Assembly (NCBI GenBank): GCA_000002445.1
Contig: CH464491.1
Coordinates: 2,624,001 to 2,688,000, forward strand
Origin: Trypanosoma brucei
Lineage: Eukaryota
Reading direction: 5' to 3'
DNA length: 64,000 bases
Shown: piece after piece, positions 42,819-53,186 of the stretch
How positions within the stretch are numbered: position 1 is the first letter of the stretch
Layout of the letters: each line of letters opens with the position of its first letter
The notes under the pieces: model-generated
Databases searched by the model: none
The model's input: only the letters and a program-made list of their open reading frames with translations
Told to the model about the DNA's origin: nothing
Translations under genes and position numbers: made by a program

Positions 42819-43211
42819 ATGGTTGCTGTCCGCGCAAAGGTCGGCTCTCGCGGCTTCACTCGCCAGAGGCAGCTTGCGAAGGGAAAGAAGGTGTTCAAGA
42901 TTGACTGCAGCATCCCCGCCAGCGACGGTATCTTCAGTGATGATATTCTGAGCAACTTCCAGCAGTACTTTCAGGATAATGTGAAGCTAAACGGCCGCAA
43001 GGGAAAGCTCACCTCGAAGGTACGCGTCAACATGCGTGAAAACACGCTATCCATCACGACGACTATGGCTTACCGCAAGAAGTACTTCAAATACCTGACG
43101 AAGAAGTTCCTCAAGAAAAAGGACCTCCGTGATTGGATTCGTATTCTCGCAAAGGGGAAGGACACATACCAGTTGAAGTACTTCAACATCCAGGATCAGG
43201 AAGAAGCGTAA
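42819..43211 (+). CDS. RPL22: 60S ribosomal protein L22 (eL22)
   Basis: 130 aa; KKVFKIDCSIPASDGIF..SNFQQYFQDNVKLNGRKGKL..V..L.ITT..AYRKKYFKYLTKKFLKK is the eL22 signature. Confidence 0.9.
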   Translation: MVAVRAKVGSRGFTRQRQLAKGKKVFKIDCSIPASDGIFSDDILSNFQQYFQDNVKLNGRKGKLTSKVRVNMRENTLSITTTMAYRKKYFKYLTKKFLKKKDLRDWIRILAKGKDTYQLKYFNIQDQEEA

Positions 43212-43813
43212 GCAGCGGAAGGATACGGGCATGTGACTCACACATTTTCATGCTCTTTTCTCGTTACTCCACAGTATGCACATATGTTTCATTTTTGATT
43301 TGTTTTACTTTTTTCTCGCCTTCTTCTTATACCATTTACTTTTGTTCCCTCAGGTAAGCAGTGGGTAGTAGAGGCAAATTCTGTATCTGCTCCCTTTTCC
43401 TGTGGGTGGCTCGGTCGCATTTCATTTCTGCTATGTGATATCATGGAGGTAACTGTTTACAAACCCTTTTTTCTTTATTTTTTCACCTATTCTGATTGTA
43501 TATACATAAAAGTATGTATTGCTAGTGCGAGGTATAGTGGTAGTGCAGAAACACAGCAAAAGTGAGGAGAGAAACAGAAGCTGTTTCCCCCATTTTTCAT
43601 TCTTTCATTAGCGAGGGTAGCGGTGTTACCACGCCTTTTTTTTGTCCCGCATTCAGCAAAGTACCCTCATCTTCACTTTGTTTTAAGTTACGCTCGAGCT
43701 TTGAACACTCGGCAATTGGTGTGGCGATCGCAGCAAAAGAAGTAGTAGTGGCTGCGACCGTCTCTCGTTAACTCGTATTAATCACGCAGTTGTCACCAAT
43801 TGTGTGATCAAAC

Positions 43814-44455
43814 ATGTTGCGGCGTACTGTATGTGTCCAACACTACAGGGCGAAGTTGGAGCTTGACCGTATCCGCAGTATGCTGCGGGGCCGCGCACGT
43901 CTTGAAAGAAAGGTTGGACTAAAGCGACTATTTTTTCTCATGCGCACACAAACGCGGTACCGTGTGGAACAGCAGGCGCACTGGGAGCGTGCAATCGTCC
44001 GGAAAAACGTCGACAGCGCCGCCCGCGAGCATGGAACGGGATGGCAGCACCTCCGCAATGAATTAGGGCGGCAAAATGTTATGCTTCTTCCTCGCTCTCA
44101 ACAGTTGTTGGCACAATATGAACCATTGGCTTTTCGCGCCGTTGTGGAACTTTGTGCTTCGCGTATTCCGCCACCGCCGCCGCCCGTTGTTGCCTCCGTT
44201 CCGGAGGAATCCTACACATTATGGCCACCGGCGAGCCATGACAATAGTGAATGTGCCTCTACAGACGGCAGCGACGCCCCTCATGGGCAGCAGCAATCGC
44301 TCTCGCACCCGGCCGCCCGTGTGGAACTTCGGTGTGGTGTCGAGCGGGTTCTTCGGCGCGGACCGTCGGGTTTGGGTAATAACGTGAACGAGCTAATCGA
44401 TGCATGGAAGGAGTTCGACGTTTCTCCCCTGAGGAAGGGGGAGGTGAACAAGTAG
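43814..44455 (+). CDS. hypothetical protein (213 aa)
   Basis: + ORF between RPL22 and the next gene; basic N-terminus; no family recognised. Confidence 0.45.
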   Translation: MLRRTVCVQHYRAKLELDRIRSMLRGRARLERKVGLKRLFFLMRTQTRYRVEQQAHWERAIVRKNVDSAAREHGTGWQHLRNELGRQNVMLLPRSQQLLAQYEPLAFRAVVELCASRIPPPPPPVVASVPEESYTLWPPASHDNSECASTDGSDAPHGQQQSLSHPAARVELRCGVERVLRRGPSGLGNNVNELIDAWKEFDVSPLRKGEVNK

Positions 44456-44798
44456 TTGGTATAGTGGGTGAGGGAGACGGCATTAGGTGGTGACTGCGTC
44501 TAGCTTTCTTTTTTTATTTTACTTTCCTCGTATCACACGTTTCGTAACGGTATTCCCACAGACTGTGGAGGTTAGAAGCGGTGCATTGAATATAACCCGC
44601 TACTAACAGACATTTTTCACTACCGTGTTTGCATTACTTGTTCACAAGGACTTGTCGTTGTGTCGTGCGCAGGCGTTTCGTATTGTTGTCATTGTTTTTG
44701 TCCGATATTTTCACCTGTGAGAGTGCCAGCGCAGTGCATTTTCTTTCCCCTCTTTTTTTTTGCCAAAAACTGCACCAACAAACCAAAAATAAAAAATC

Positions 44799-46643
44799 GT
44801 GATTAAAAAAAAAAATTGTCACCACCTACAAATTAGATGCAGGACAGTGATGCACCTACTCGGTGATATTGTAGCGTCGAATTCGCTAAGCAGCAACGCG
44901 AGCAAAGACAATGAACCGTGCCTCATCACCTTGTGTATATATTGCCCCACTCTTTCAGGTGGGAAGGAGGAGCGGGCCATTGATAACGTCATCTTTTTTT
45001 ACCCCGCACGAACTCATCCCGACCAGCAGATGAACCAAGTAGGTTTCTGCATCGGCATGACGTGCTTAATGGAGCGCTTCATCCCCTTGTCTTCACGGGC
45101 GAAATCACCAGTGGAGGAAATACGCCTCAGCCATTCCATCATTACTCTTTGCAACCCGTTTGCAGATCTTTGGATTGCTGTTGAAACTACTCCTGCTTAT
45201 AACGCTTCTGTGGTGCTGCCGCTCGTACATCTAGGGTTTGATGCCTTCGTTCTGCGATATGGCATGGGGAGTGTTTCTGCGCTAGTGAACAATCCCCGGG
45301 AAGTGGCCTCGGGTGAGGATTGCGGTGTGGCGCGTGCCGCGTTACGAACCCACTTTGAGAAGTTTGCTACGCTACTGCAAACGTCTGTGCTAGTTGTTGA
45401 TCCTGATGCTAATCACCACACTGTCCCGAAATCTGGTGACCTGCAACCGCCGTCACAAGCAGAGTCAAGACGTTCTTCCCTTTCTTCGTCAATAATTTCA
45501 ATCGATGCGATGGGTAGCTCTAGAAGCACCTTGCATAATGTACAGCGTTGGAAGCGTCACCTGATGACGTTAGCAGCAACGGGGGGTCTGCTGACTTTTC
45601 CCGCTGTAATGCGTGCAACTCCGTCAGATGTCCAATTCATGTGTCACAGCATAGTGTTACGCCATCTTTCGTTCTTATCTTCGAGTATAAAGAGGAGGCA
45701 CACCTCTTGTTGGGGAAAAGAATGCCACGGTATTCCAAATCACACCGACTCTGAGCCAGCTGTAGAAGGTGCGGAGGAGCGCTTGCTGTGGACTAGCTGC
45801 CGTTATGCTGTGTTCATTGGCAAAACGTTGAAAGTAGTTGTATCAAACGCCCCTCAGGACATGATCTCTCAGCTCATATGTCTTTTTCTTATGGATCCCG
45901 AACTGCCAAGCTTCACCATATTTGTGGGAGAGGTCCCATTTTATTGTTGTGTGTATCGCGCTGAGAGCCTGTTGACTGTTGTAGTTTGTGACGAAGGCCT
46001 TTACGACACAATGTACACACCCCTCCTGAGTGCGTGTAAAAAGCTTACGGATTGCGTGGCAGATTGCCTAAGCAGCGGCGTGTGCGCCCCCAGCCGTGCG
46101 CCTGGGTCCAACGATGGTGGAGATGCACACCGAGTTAAGGGACATCAAAACACCCTCTCCCCCGCTGCCGGTCACAGCTCGTCTAACGCAACACCGTGCT
46201 TTGTTGATCCTTTATCTGGGGCTGGGAAGTTGCCCAATACAAAGTCAACCTTTCAGTTCACTGTGTGGTGTGACGGGGTGTTGGTCGGCTCATCACTGCA
46301 GGATTACTTTCGGAGTGTACAGTTCTCCCTGTCAGCCCCCATGCGAAAATTCATCAAATGTGTTCGCGCTGAACGTAGAGGCTCTCATGATTTTGGGGAG
46401 CACCGGGCAATCGAGTGCGCTGGTGCCCGTACCTCCGCTGACACTAATGGAGTAACTTCCGACACGAGTATAACATTGCGCGGAGCAAATGAGCTGTGGG
46501 TGTTGCTCCCGAGCTACACATGGTTGTGCGTGACAAGGGCCAGGAATCATGTGGGTGGTGTAGTGTTCTACAATGCCCCTCCTTTATCAAGTTGCTTCAA
46601 GGCTGTGGAGACAATATACGAAAATGTCTCGGTTACACTGTAG
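44799..46643 (+). CDS. CCZ1/INTU/HPS4-family protein (N-terminal first longin domain), candidate Mon1-Ccz1 Rab7-GEF subunit
   Basis: LITLCIYCPTLSGGKEERAIDNVIFFYPARTHPDQQMNQVGFCIGMTCLMERFIP parallels the Ccz1 N-terminal longin signature (fviFNPtlG..EE...kkILFYyP......eq.rkVGLcEA...FtrtF). Likely start at Met 44850 (MHLLGDIV). Confidence 0.6.
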   Translation: MIKKKNCHHLQIRCRTVMHLLGDIVASNSLSSNASKDNEPCLITLCIYCPTLSGGKEERAIDNVIFFYPARTHPDQQMNQVGFCIGMTCLMERFIPLSSRAKSPVEEIRLSHSIITLCNPFADLWIAVETTPAYNASVVLPLVHLGFDAFVLRYGMGSVSALVNNPREVASGEDCGVARAALRTHFEKFATLLQTSVLVVDPDANHHTVPKSGDLQPPSQAESRRSSLSSSIISIDAMGSSRSTLHNVQRWKRHLMTLAATGGLLTFPAVMRATPSDVQFMCHSIVLRHLSFLSSSIKRRHTSCWGKECHGIPNHTDSEPAVEGAEERLLWTSCRYAVFIGKTLKVVVSNAPQDMISQLICLFLMDPELPSFTIFVGEVPFYCCVYRAESLLTVVVCDEGLYDTMYTPLLSACKKLTDCVADCLSSGVCAPSRAPGSNDGGDAHRVKGHQNTLSPAAGHSSSNATPCFVDPLSGAGKLPNTKSTFQFTVWCDGVLVGSSLQDYFRSVQFSLSAPMRKFIKCVRAERRGSHDFGEHRAIECAGARTSADTNGVTSDTSITLRGANELWVLLPSYTWLCVTRARNHVGGVVFYNAPPLSSCFKAVETIYENVSVTL

Positions 46644-47118
46644 GATCACGAAACAGCATTTTCTGGTTGTTAGTTGCGACCTTTTTTTCTTATTTGGCTC
46701 TCCATTTCTTTTGCTTTCGTTGCTGAGCGCACCGCCACACATTTGAAACTCCCCTCCACTGATATCAGCGCGTATTTTTACTTACTTTCATGTGCCCTGA
46801 CGAAGAAGCAACAATAAAATGGAAAGTGTAAAGCAGGGGGAGGGTGAAGCCAGATGTGCGAAGGAAAAGTAATGCTGTTTCTGTCTGCATAACTGTTTTA
46901 AACTTTTCAGAATGTTTTTAACTTTTGTATGTGCTAGTGTTAAGGTACCTTTTTCGTGATCTACTTCAGTCGTCGTTTTGTCTCCTACTGCATAATATCC
47001 CGCAAATGGCATAATGGGACAAGGGAAGGGGGCCACTGAAAGTCGAAAAAGGGGGCGAAAAAACGCTCAGGACTGCACGTAGTGCCAATATTTCCACTAA
47101 CGTTGGACAGCCGACTAC

Positions 47119-50100
47119 ATGGCACAAATGTTCCCCTCTGTGCCGGGGTATGACGGTCCGTTTAGTTTAAAGGACTTCTTGCATAACTATATCGGTTTGC
47201 AGCTGCGTTGGAGCACACCTCAGGAAAATTCCACCACTTTACCTCCCTCAAACTCGAACGTTGTCGTTGTGCCCCCGACGGGAAACTTTCATGTTGTAGT
47301 GTATGTTTCACGGTCCGCGCCTCCACCCCAGCGGTCCGTACGTTCTGTCGCGGTACTGTCTTCGTGTAGTAATAAAATGGATGGAGACCATCCGCAGCCA
47401 TCGGTGCCAACACATTTTCATGGGAGGCCGCTAACTTCCTCAGTACTGAAGCACCCCTTTTGGGACGCTCTCTTCTCGCAGATTGGGCCAACAGCTGTCA
47501 GTTTCATCGTACTCTGGGCCCCTATAGTTGTGCAATTTGAGGCGTCTGGTGGTGGCCTACAGGTGTTGGGCCCCCCTCTGAAGCGTAGCGCCTCCTGCGC
47601 GGTGAAGCGTCAGCCAGGTGCTGGCTGGTGGGAGGGAAAATTAAAGGTGTCACGGACTGAAACACTAACGCAGAATGACCCTCACTGCTTCTGTATCGAG
47701 GGGACATCATCCCCTGTGGCATTGTATCGTTTAAATGTTCCTCGCCTGCATCTTGTTGAACAGTCACCCTTGAGGAGTACCGCGGATGCTCGCCATGCCG
47801 TTACTCTCATCCTGGAACAGTTGTGGATAGAGCATCACAAATCGAGCTGCTCTCCCTCGTCCGATAGGGACATTTCTCAGCGTCTCTGCGGCGTCGCCAC
47901 AGGTTCCGCCACGAATTGCTGCGGCGATAGTTGTGTTGTCTTGGCGCAGGCTAGAAATCAAGTTAATGCCGTTTTCCCGTACACTTTGTTGCCTGTTCAC
48001 GACGACGCTGTGTCTGGTAATGGAACCGTCAAGGAGTATCTCATCCATGTGCTGCACTGTGCGCTGGGGAGCGTGTGCCGTATGAACATACGCGGGGCTG
48101 CGATAAAACATACCGAATTCTTGGAAAAACGTGGCAAATCTGTTACCAGCATTTCTCAGAAGGCGCAGACCGCCGGGCAGGAGAATAAGATGCGCGCGAT
48201 TCCTGTTGGTGAGCTGACTGTGCCGGAGCCCGTTGTGGCTTCGTATCTGGAAACTCTCTTTAACATGATGTGGTGGCGTGTCCCTCCACGTTTTGTTGGC
48301 GGTGCGGTAACTGCCGATCGGGTTAAATTTTGGGGTGAAGAAGGAACTGTGCTGACAAGGTTGCGCGAGGTTACTGTGGATTGGTTGTGCTGCGGAAGAC
48401 ATGAGGTATTTCTTTTGAGTCATTTCTTGGATGGGGTGCCCGTTTCGAGGATTCCTTGGCTACGTGGTTTCTACACGAAGGAGCCTGCACGAAAGCGGCG
48501 GTCCATGATTCAGCAGCGAGTGTTCCTGCAGCTTGTGCTCTTCCTCTATCAATGCGTGGTACCATTTTTGATCCGTCGTTCGTTCCATGTTGCTTGTACC
48601 TCTAAAAGCCCGTATATATTTTTTTTCATACCAAGGGCTGTTTGGGTACGCCTCACTCGTCGTGAAATGCGACGTGTGTGCATTCGTCGCGTAAAAAGAA
48701 TGCGCTCCGATACTTTATCAGACCCACAAATGAGGGGGCACGCGGGGTTACCGCCAATGGCGCTGGAGCGTGTGACTTCCGAAGGACTGATGCAACTGAT
48801 AGGACCCTCGTCACAGCCGGTAGGTGATGACAGTGGCGGCGTAAGCGATGTTTGCAAACTCCGTGACAGTTCCTCACCACTTTTATATTCGGATGTCCGT
48901 TTTTTAGTTGATGGTAGTAAACTGCGGCCCATCGCCCGTCCTCGGTTTGGCTGGCAGCGCTCGCTTTTGAAAGCTGCCGACGGGGTTGGGTCGTCAACGC
49001 TTGCTTCAGCCCTTGCAAAGGCGGGGAAGTATTTGGCAACGGATGGTAAAGCCATGTGGCCGTCCCCTAACTCTGCTGTTTTACGGGATGCTTTGCGGTG
49101 CCTTGATGCGGGGGTGGAGGAGCGACGTATTACAACAGGGGCAAGGCAACGCGCCATTGGATCTCACAATGATGAATATATTGAAGTGCGGTCATTTATT
49201 CAATGCGCAAGGCAGTTTTGTACCATACCCACGTTGGTACAGGGTGAAACATCAGCGGCGCTGTTGGCGGATGCTACTGCCGTAACAATGGTGCGTGGCG
49301 ACGCCGCGCGGTGTTACGACCATTTACCGCAGGAGGCAGTAGTGAATATCATGCGGGGTCTCGTCACGCACGAGACTTATTACTCACTTAAGCTGACCGT
49401 TGTTACGCTGACTACGGTCAAAAATGTTAGCAAAAAGACTAGAAGTAGTCATGCAGAAAGTCAATTATCGTCGATGAAGGAGACGAATGGTTCGACTGTC
49501 AAGCACCGGAAGCTACAGTTGAGCAAACGTGTCAAACTTGTACCCGGGAGGTACGTACAAGAAGGCGTTCTCTATGGTATTGCTCGAGGATGCATTGCTT
49601 ATGAGGAACAGTCGGTAGGCTCCGATTCCTTGGTAAGCGGCGAGGAGATAAGAAGTGTGCTGCAGAAACATCTGCAGTCGCACCTCGTGATGCTGAACGG
49701 CAAGATGTACATACAGCGTATGGGTATAAATCAAGGATCTGCTGTGGCGATGTTGCTTTGTGATCAACTTCTCGAGCGAGTTGATGCGGCCCTTTCCAGT
49801 ATTCTCTCTGAACACGAGGAACCAGCGCTGTTGCTGCGTCGCGTGGATGATGTACTGGTGGTAACACTCTCTCGTGCTGCAGCGTCACGGTGCGAAGACG
49901 CTTTACGCAGTGGTTGGTCCGAAATTGGTTTCTTCTGCCAGGAGGAGAAATTGAGAAGAGTGACTTGTGGCCAACCCGTACGCTGGTGTGGGCTCCTTTG
50001 GGATCCGGTAACCTTGGAGTTTGCAGTGGACTGGGCGCGGCTGGCCAAGATGATGCCATATCTCGCCGTGCGTCCCAGGACAGGGTGTGAGCCACTACTT

Positions 50101-50697
50101 TCCTCACTACGTTTTATCAGGATACTTCGACTTCGAACGCCGATGACGGCACTCTGCCGACAAATAAACAGTAAGTCCCGTGTGGTGCAGACGTTATACG
50201 AGATCGGTCTGCTCTGGTCCCGCTTCTTCTTGGACAAACTGAAGGCCAACGCTGCCTTTTTTAGGCCGCATGTGCGCACTATATTACAACCTCTTGCCCT
50301 TGCGACTGCTACGCTGCGTCGCCTGGTGCGGAAACATTCCTTTGACCTGCAGCGGCTGGGTTCTTTTTGCGACGTTACTGATGTTGAAGTACGACTTTGT
50401 ATTTCCGCCGCGCTCTACCATACACTCCATCAGCGGCTGGCGTTCATGATCGGCAGGATGTCGAGCGTGGGGAAGAAAAAGTTCCTGATATTAATGACGG
50501 CGGTTTTAAAACGAAAAATGGGAGAACTGGGATCTAGGATCAACAGGAATAATCAAATGGAATCTTCTCTTCCCTCTGCAGCTGATTTGTTGCTGGTGGA
50601 GGGCGGTGATGGCGTAGTTTCAAGGGGTCTTGCGGCAGTGCGTTTCAGACCTGTCGAAACTGTGCGGTTTCAGGGATGTGCGACGCGCTCTGCATGA
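47119..50697 (+). CDS. TERT: telomerase reverse transcriptase (TERT)
   Basis: 1192 aa. RT motif A ..VRGDAARCYDHLPQEAVVNIM (cf. human ..VKVDVTGAYDTIPQDRL), motif B' QRMGINQGSAVAMLLCDQLLE (cf. QGIPQGSILSTLLC) at ~49720-49780, motif C LLLRRVDDVLVVT (cf. LLRLVDDFLLVT) at ~49831-49870. Long N-terminal TEN/TRBD-sized region and C-terminal extension. Confidence 0.9.
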   Translation: MAQMFPSVPGYDGPFSLKDFLHNYIGLQLRWSTPQENSTTLPPSNSNVVVVPPTGNFHVVVYVSRSAPPPQRSVRSVAVLSSCSNKMDGDHPQPSVPTHFHGRPLTSSVLKHPFWDALFSQIGPTAVSFIVLWAPIVVQFEASGGGLQVLGPPLKRSASCAVKRQPGAGWWEGKLKVSRTETLTQNDPHCFCIEGTSSPVALYRLNVPRLHLVEQSPLRSTADARHAVTLILEQLWIEHHKSSCSPSSDRDISQRLCGVATGSATNCCGDSCVVLAQARNQVNAVFPYTLLPVHDDAVSGNGTVKEYLIHVLHCALGSVCRMNIRGAAIKHTEFLEKRGKSVTSISQKAQTAGQENKMRAIPVGELTVPEPVVASYLETLFNMMWWRVPPRFVGGAVTADRVKFWGEEGTVLTRLREVTVDWLCCGRHEVFLLSHFLDGVPVSRIPWLRGFYTKEPARKRRSMIQQRVFLQLVLFLYQCVVPFLIRRSFHVACTSKSPYIFFFIPRAVWVRLTRREMRRVCIRRVKRMRSDTLSDPQMRGHAGLPPMALERVTSEGLMQLIGPSSQPVGDDSGGVSDVCKLRDSSSPLLYSDVRFLVDGSKLRPIARPRFGWQRSLLKAADGVGSSTLASALAKAGKYLATDGKAMWPSPNSAVLRDALRCLDAGVEERRITTGARQRAIGSHNDEYIEVRSFIQCARQFCTIPTLVQGETSAALLADATAVTMVRGDAARCYDHLPQEAVVNIMRGLVTHETYYSLKLTVVTLTTVKNVSKKTRSSHAESQLSSMKETNGSTVKHRKLQLSKRVKLVPGRYVQEGVLYGIARGCIAYEEQSVGSDSLVSGEEIRSVLQKHLQSHLVMLNGKMYIQRMGINQGSAVAMLLCDQLLERVDAALSSILSEHEEPALLLRRVDDVLVVTLSRAAASRCEDALRSGWSEIGFFCQEEKLRRVTCGQPVRWCGLLWDPVTLEFAVDWARLAKMMPYLAVRPRTGCEPLLSSLRFIRILRLRTPMTALCRQINSKSRVVQTLYEIGLLWSRFFLDKLKANAAFFRPHVRTILQPLALATATLRRLVRKHSFDLQRLGSFCDVTDVEVRLCISAALYHTLHQRLAFMIGRMSSVGKKKFLILMTAVLKRKMGELGSRINRNNQMESSLPSAADLLLVEGGDGVVSRGLAAVRFRPVETVRFQGCATRSA

Positions 50698-51060
50698 AAT
50701 GCAAGCTTTTCTCCTTCACGCGCACGCACAAGCGTCTTTTTTTATTTTATTTTGTTACCAACCTACATCCTTTTGATGTTTGCAGTTAATTTTGTTGCGA
50801 CCACTTGCTGCTTCCTCGAGGCACCGGTACGATTTTGGTTTTCCCTTATTTTATTGTGCGGAAAAAAAATGTCTTTCCCTTACTTATATTCGATTTCGCT
50901 CGTGCGTGTCTCTCTCTCCGTTAGCAATTAGTACATTCCTATAAGTAGGTGGGAGGAAAACGAACTTTGAGTGAAAGGAAACCCACTAGCTACAGGAAGG
51001 GTAGAAAGTGTTGAAATATACAATAAAAAAAAGAGGTAACAGCTGGCGGAGACGCTAATA

Positions 51061-52533
51061 ATGAAGTCCAAGGATGTGGAGGATGCTGGATGCGTTGGGC
51101 AGTGGATTGACAACCGAAAACGGGCAAGTGACGATGCTGACTCTTTCGTGAAATCAGCCATGACAATAAGTCAGTCGGCGTCATCCATTGGTGCCTCCGC
51201 GCAGACCCTACGCAATTTGGACAGAGGCCGAAAAAGGAGTGAATCCTCCAAGAAATCGGCTGGCAAGAAGACCAGTAGCGCACCGTCTTTACTTCCTCAG
51301 ATAAAGGTGAAATCTGCGAAGCAGGGCAAGGCGACGGGCAGACCACCGATTTCTGCCTCAAACCCCTCAGGAGGGGCGCGGAAGGGATCATTGAAGGGGA
51401 AGGCAACTGGTTCGATTTCTCTGACGTCTCAGAGCACAGGTGGTGGCAGCGTGGGGAAAAGGGGCAAGTCCCCCAAATCAAGAGGTGGGGCGAAAGGAGG
51501 GAAAAAGCGACCTTCATCGATTGGGAGGCCCTCAAGCAGGGGATCGAAGGGGTCATCTCGGCGGGGGTCTCGTTTAAGTCGAGGCAGTGGACGCACGAGC
51601 ACGAAGGGAAAAGGGGGGCGGAATTCGAGAGGAAAGAAAGGCAAAAAGTCTAAGCGTAGCAAATCTTTTGCGGGTGCCGATAAGATCACATATGCTATTT
51701 CTTCGTTAACTTTAGCGGAAGAAGACCAGCGAAGCAATATTTGGGCAATGGAAGAGACTGAGCGTGATGCTCTCCTCCCTGATTATCACCTACTCGTTAT
51801 AAACATGCTCCGGGCCCAAGTTGTTGAAGTAAATGCGCGCCAGCAGTCCTTAAACGATGCCTTCATGTCTAGACAGGGCAATGGTCTCAACTTTTTATTG
51901 GGAGATGACCCTGCCGCAGCACTGGAGCTTTTGCGGACGCAGATACGGTTAGAAATGCAGGGGGAAGTGGAAAAGCTCGCTTCGGCAAATGCGGTACTAA
52001 GTGGCCTTCTTGAGGAAAAGAAAGCTGAGTTAGAGGAAAAAACCAACGAGGCGCAGTCACTCCAGGACAAGGTCAATCGTAGGCTTGCCCGTTTTGAAGT
52101 GGATTGTGAAGCACTTCGCACTGAGGTCCAATCTGCATTGAAGACTGAACGTTTAGATATCGATAGAATGAAGCGTGAGCTCATTCGTCGCCTAGACATG
52201 GCAACCGCTGCGCTGCGTACGCCCAAGTATGATACAGCGCTGCGCTCCATGCAGGCACTGGTGCAGAGTGTGCAGGATGAGATACAGGAGCATCATGATA
52301 ACATGAGTAAGCTGATTGTATCAATTGAGGCTCAGGACACTTTTGTTCGCAACAAAAGCGATACAATGCACAGCAACTTTCCCGTCCGCTACAGAGAAGA
52401 GCTGAGGAAATTGGACAACGACAAGCTACTGAACCTGCTGGACATCTTGTCTTTCCACGATTCTGTAGTAGAAACTGTTGGTAAGACGTTGTATGTAATA
52501 AGTAGCACAGGTTACGCTACAAATGTTTTCTAG
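51061..52533 (+). CDS. hypothetical protein (490 aa): basic Ser/Gly/Lys/Arg low-complexity N-half, coiled-coil C-half
   Basis: aa ~60-210 ..SRGGAKGGKKRPSSIGRPSSRGSKGSSRRGSRLSRGSGRTSTKGKGGRNSRGKKGKKSKRSKS..; then heptad-like ELLRTQIRLEMQGEVEKLASANAVLSGLLEEKKAELEEK... Confidence 0.6.
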   Translation: MKSKDVEDAGCVGQWIDNRKRASDDADSFVKSAMTISQSASSIGASAQTLRNLDRGRKRSESSKKSAGKKTSSAPSLLPQIKVKSAKQGKATGRPPISASNPSGGARKGSLKGKATGSISLTSQSTGGGSVGKRGKSPKSRGGAKGGKKRPSSIGRPSSRGSKGSSRRGSRLSRGSGRTSTKGKGGRNSRGKKGKKSKRSKSFAGADKITYAISSLTLAEEDQRSNIWAMEETERDALLPDYHLLVINMLRAQVVEVNARQQSLNDAFMSRQGNGLNFLLGDDPAAALELLRTQIRLEMQGEVEKLASANAVLSGLLEEKKAELEEKTNEAQSLQDKVNRRLARFEVDCEALRTEVQSALKTERLDIDRMKRELIRRLDMATAALRTPKYDTALRSMQALVQSVQDEIQEHHDNMSKLIVSIEAQDTFVRNKSDTMHSNFPVRYREELRKLDNDKLLNLLDILSFHDSVVETVGKTLYVISSTGYATNVF

Positions 52534-53186
52534 TGAGGTGGCACCCGTGTTTTTGTTTTTCATTTTATTTTCAATTTTCACTCCCTTACATTCTTTCATC
52601 CCGTCACGCTCTGCCGCACACACTCTCCTTCGTGTTATTGACTTAAGTTATCTTAGCGTATTTCGTTATACGCTGTCCTAGAGGTTTGCTTTGTAACTCC
52701 AATGTATCTTTATGCGTCATAAATTAAGGCGGGCGACGGAGAAGGTGAGGGAACACAGAGAAAGAAAGAGAGTGCGGCTCCGTCCAGTTTCCCTGGTTGG
52801 TTGATGTAGTGTTAGAGCGAAGATAGGCGTATCCTTAAGTAGCCGCATGTTTTTCTATGTCCTCTTTGTCCCCCCGCCGTGTTTGCGTGGCATGTCGGTG
52901 TTACCCTCGTGCTTAAATTTTTTGGTTGGTACTCATTCGCCCCAAGCTTTTTTCCCACTTATGTCCCTCTTCTTTCAATTTCTTTTACATATATAAACTT
53001 TCATATATATATTTCCGTCCCCCAAAGGTACAAAATACTTTTAGTTGTTGCTTCATTAGTTCCTTTCCCCGTGTTTGACAGCCAACTGGGTTGCGAGAGA
53101 CAGTTGCGCGGCAGCACATCAAGGGGCGAACACTGGTGTTCTCCCCTGAGACGAAAAAGAAAGGGGAAAAGGCAAGGGATTGATCA

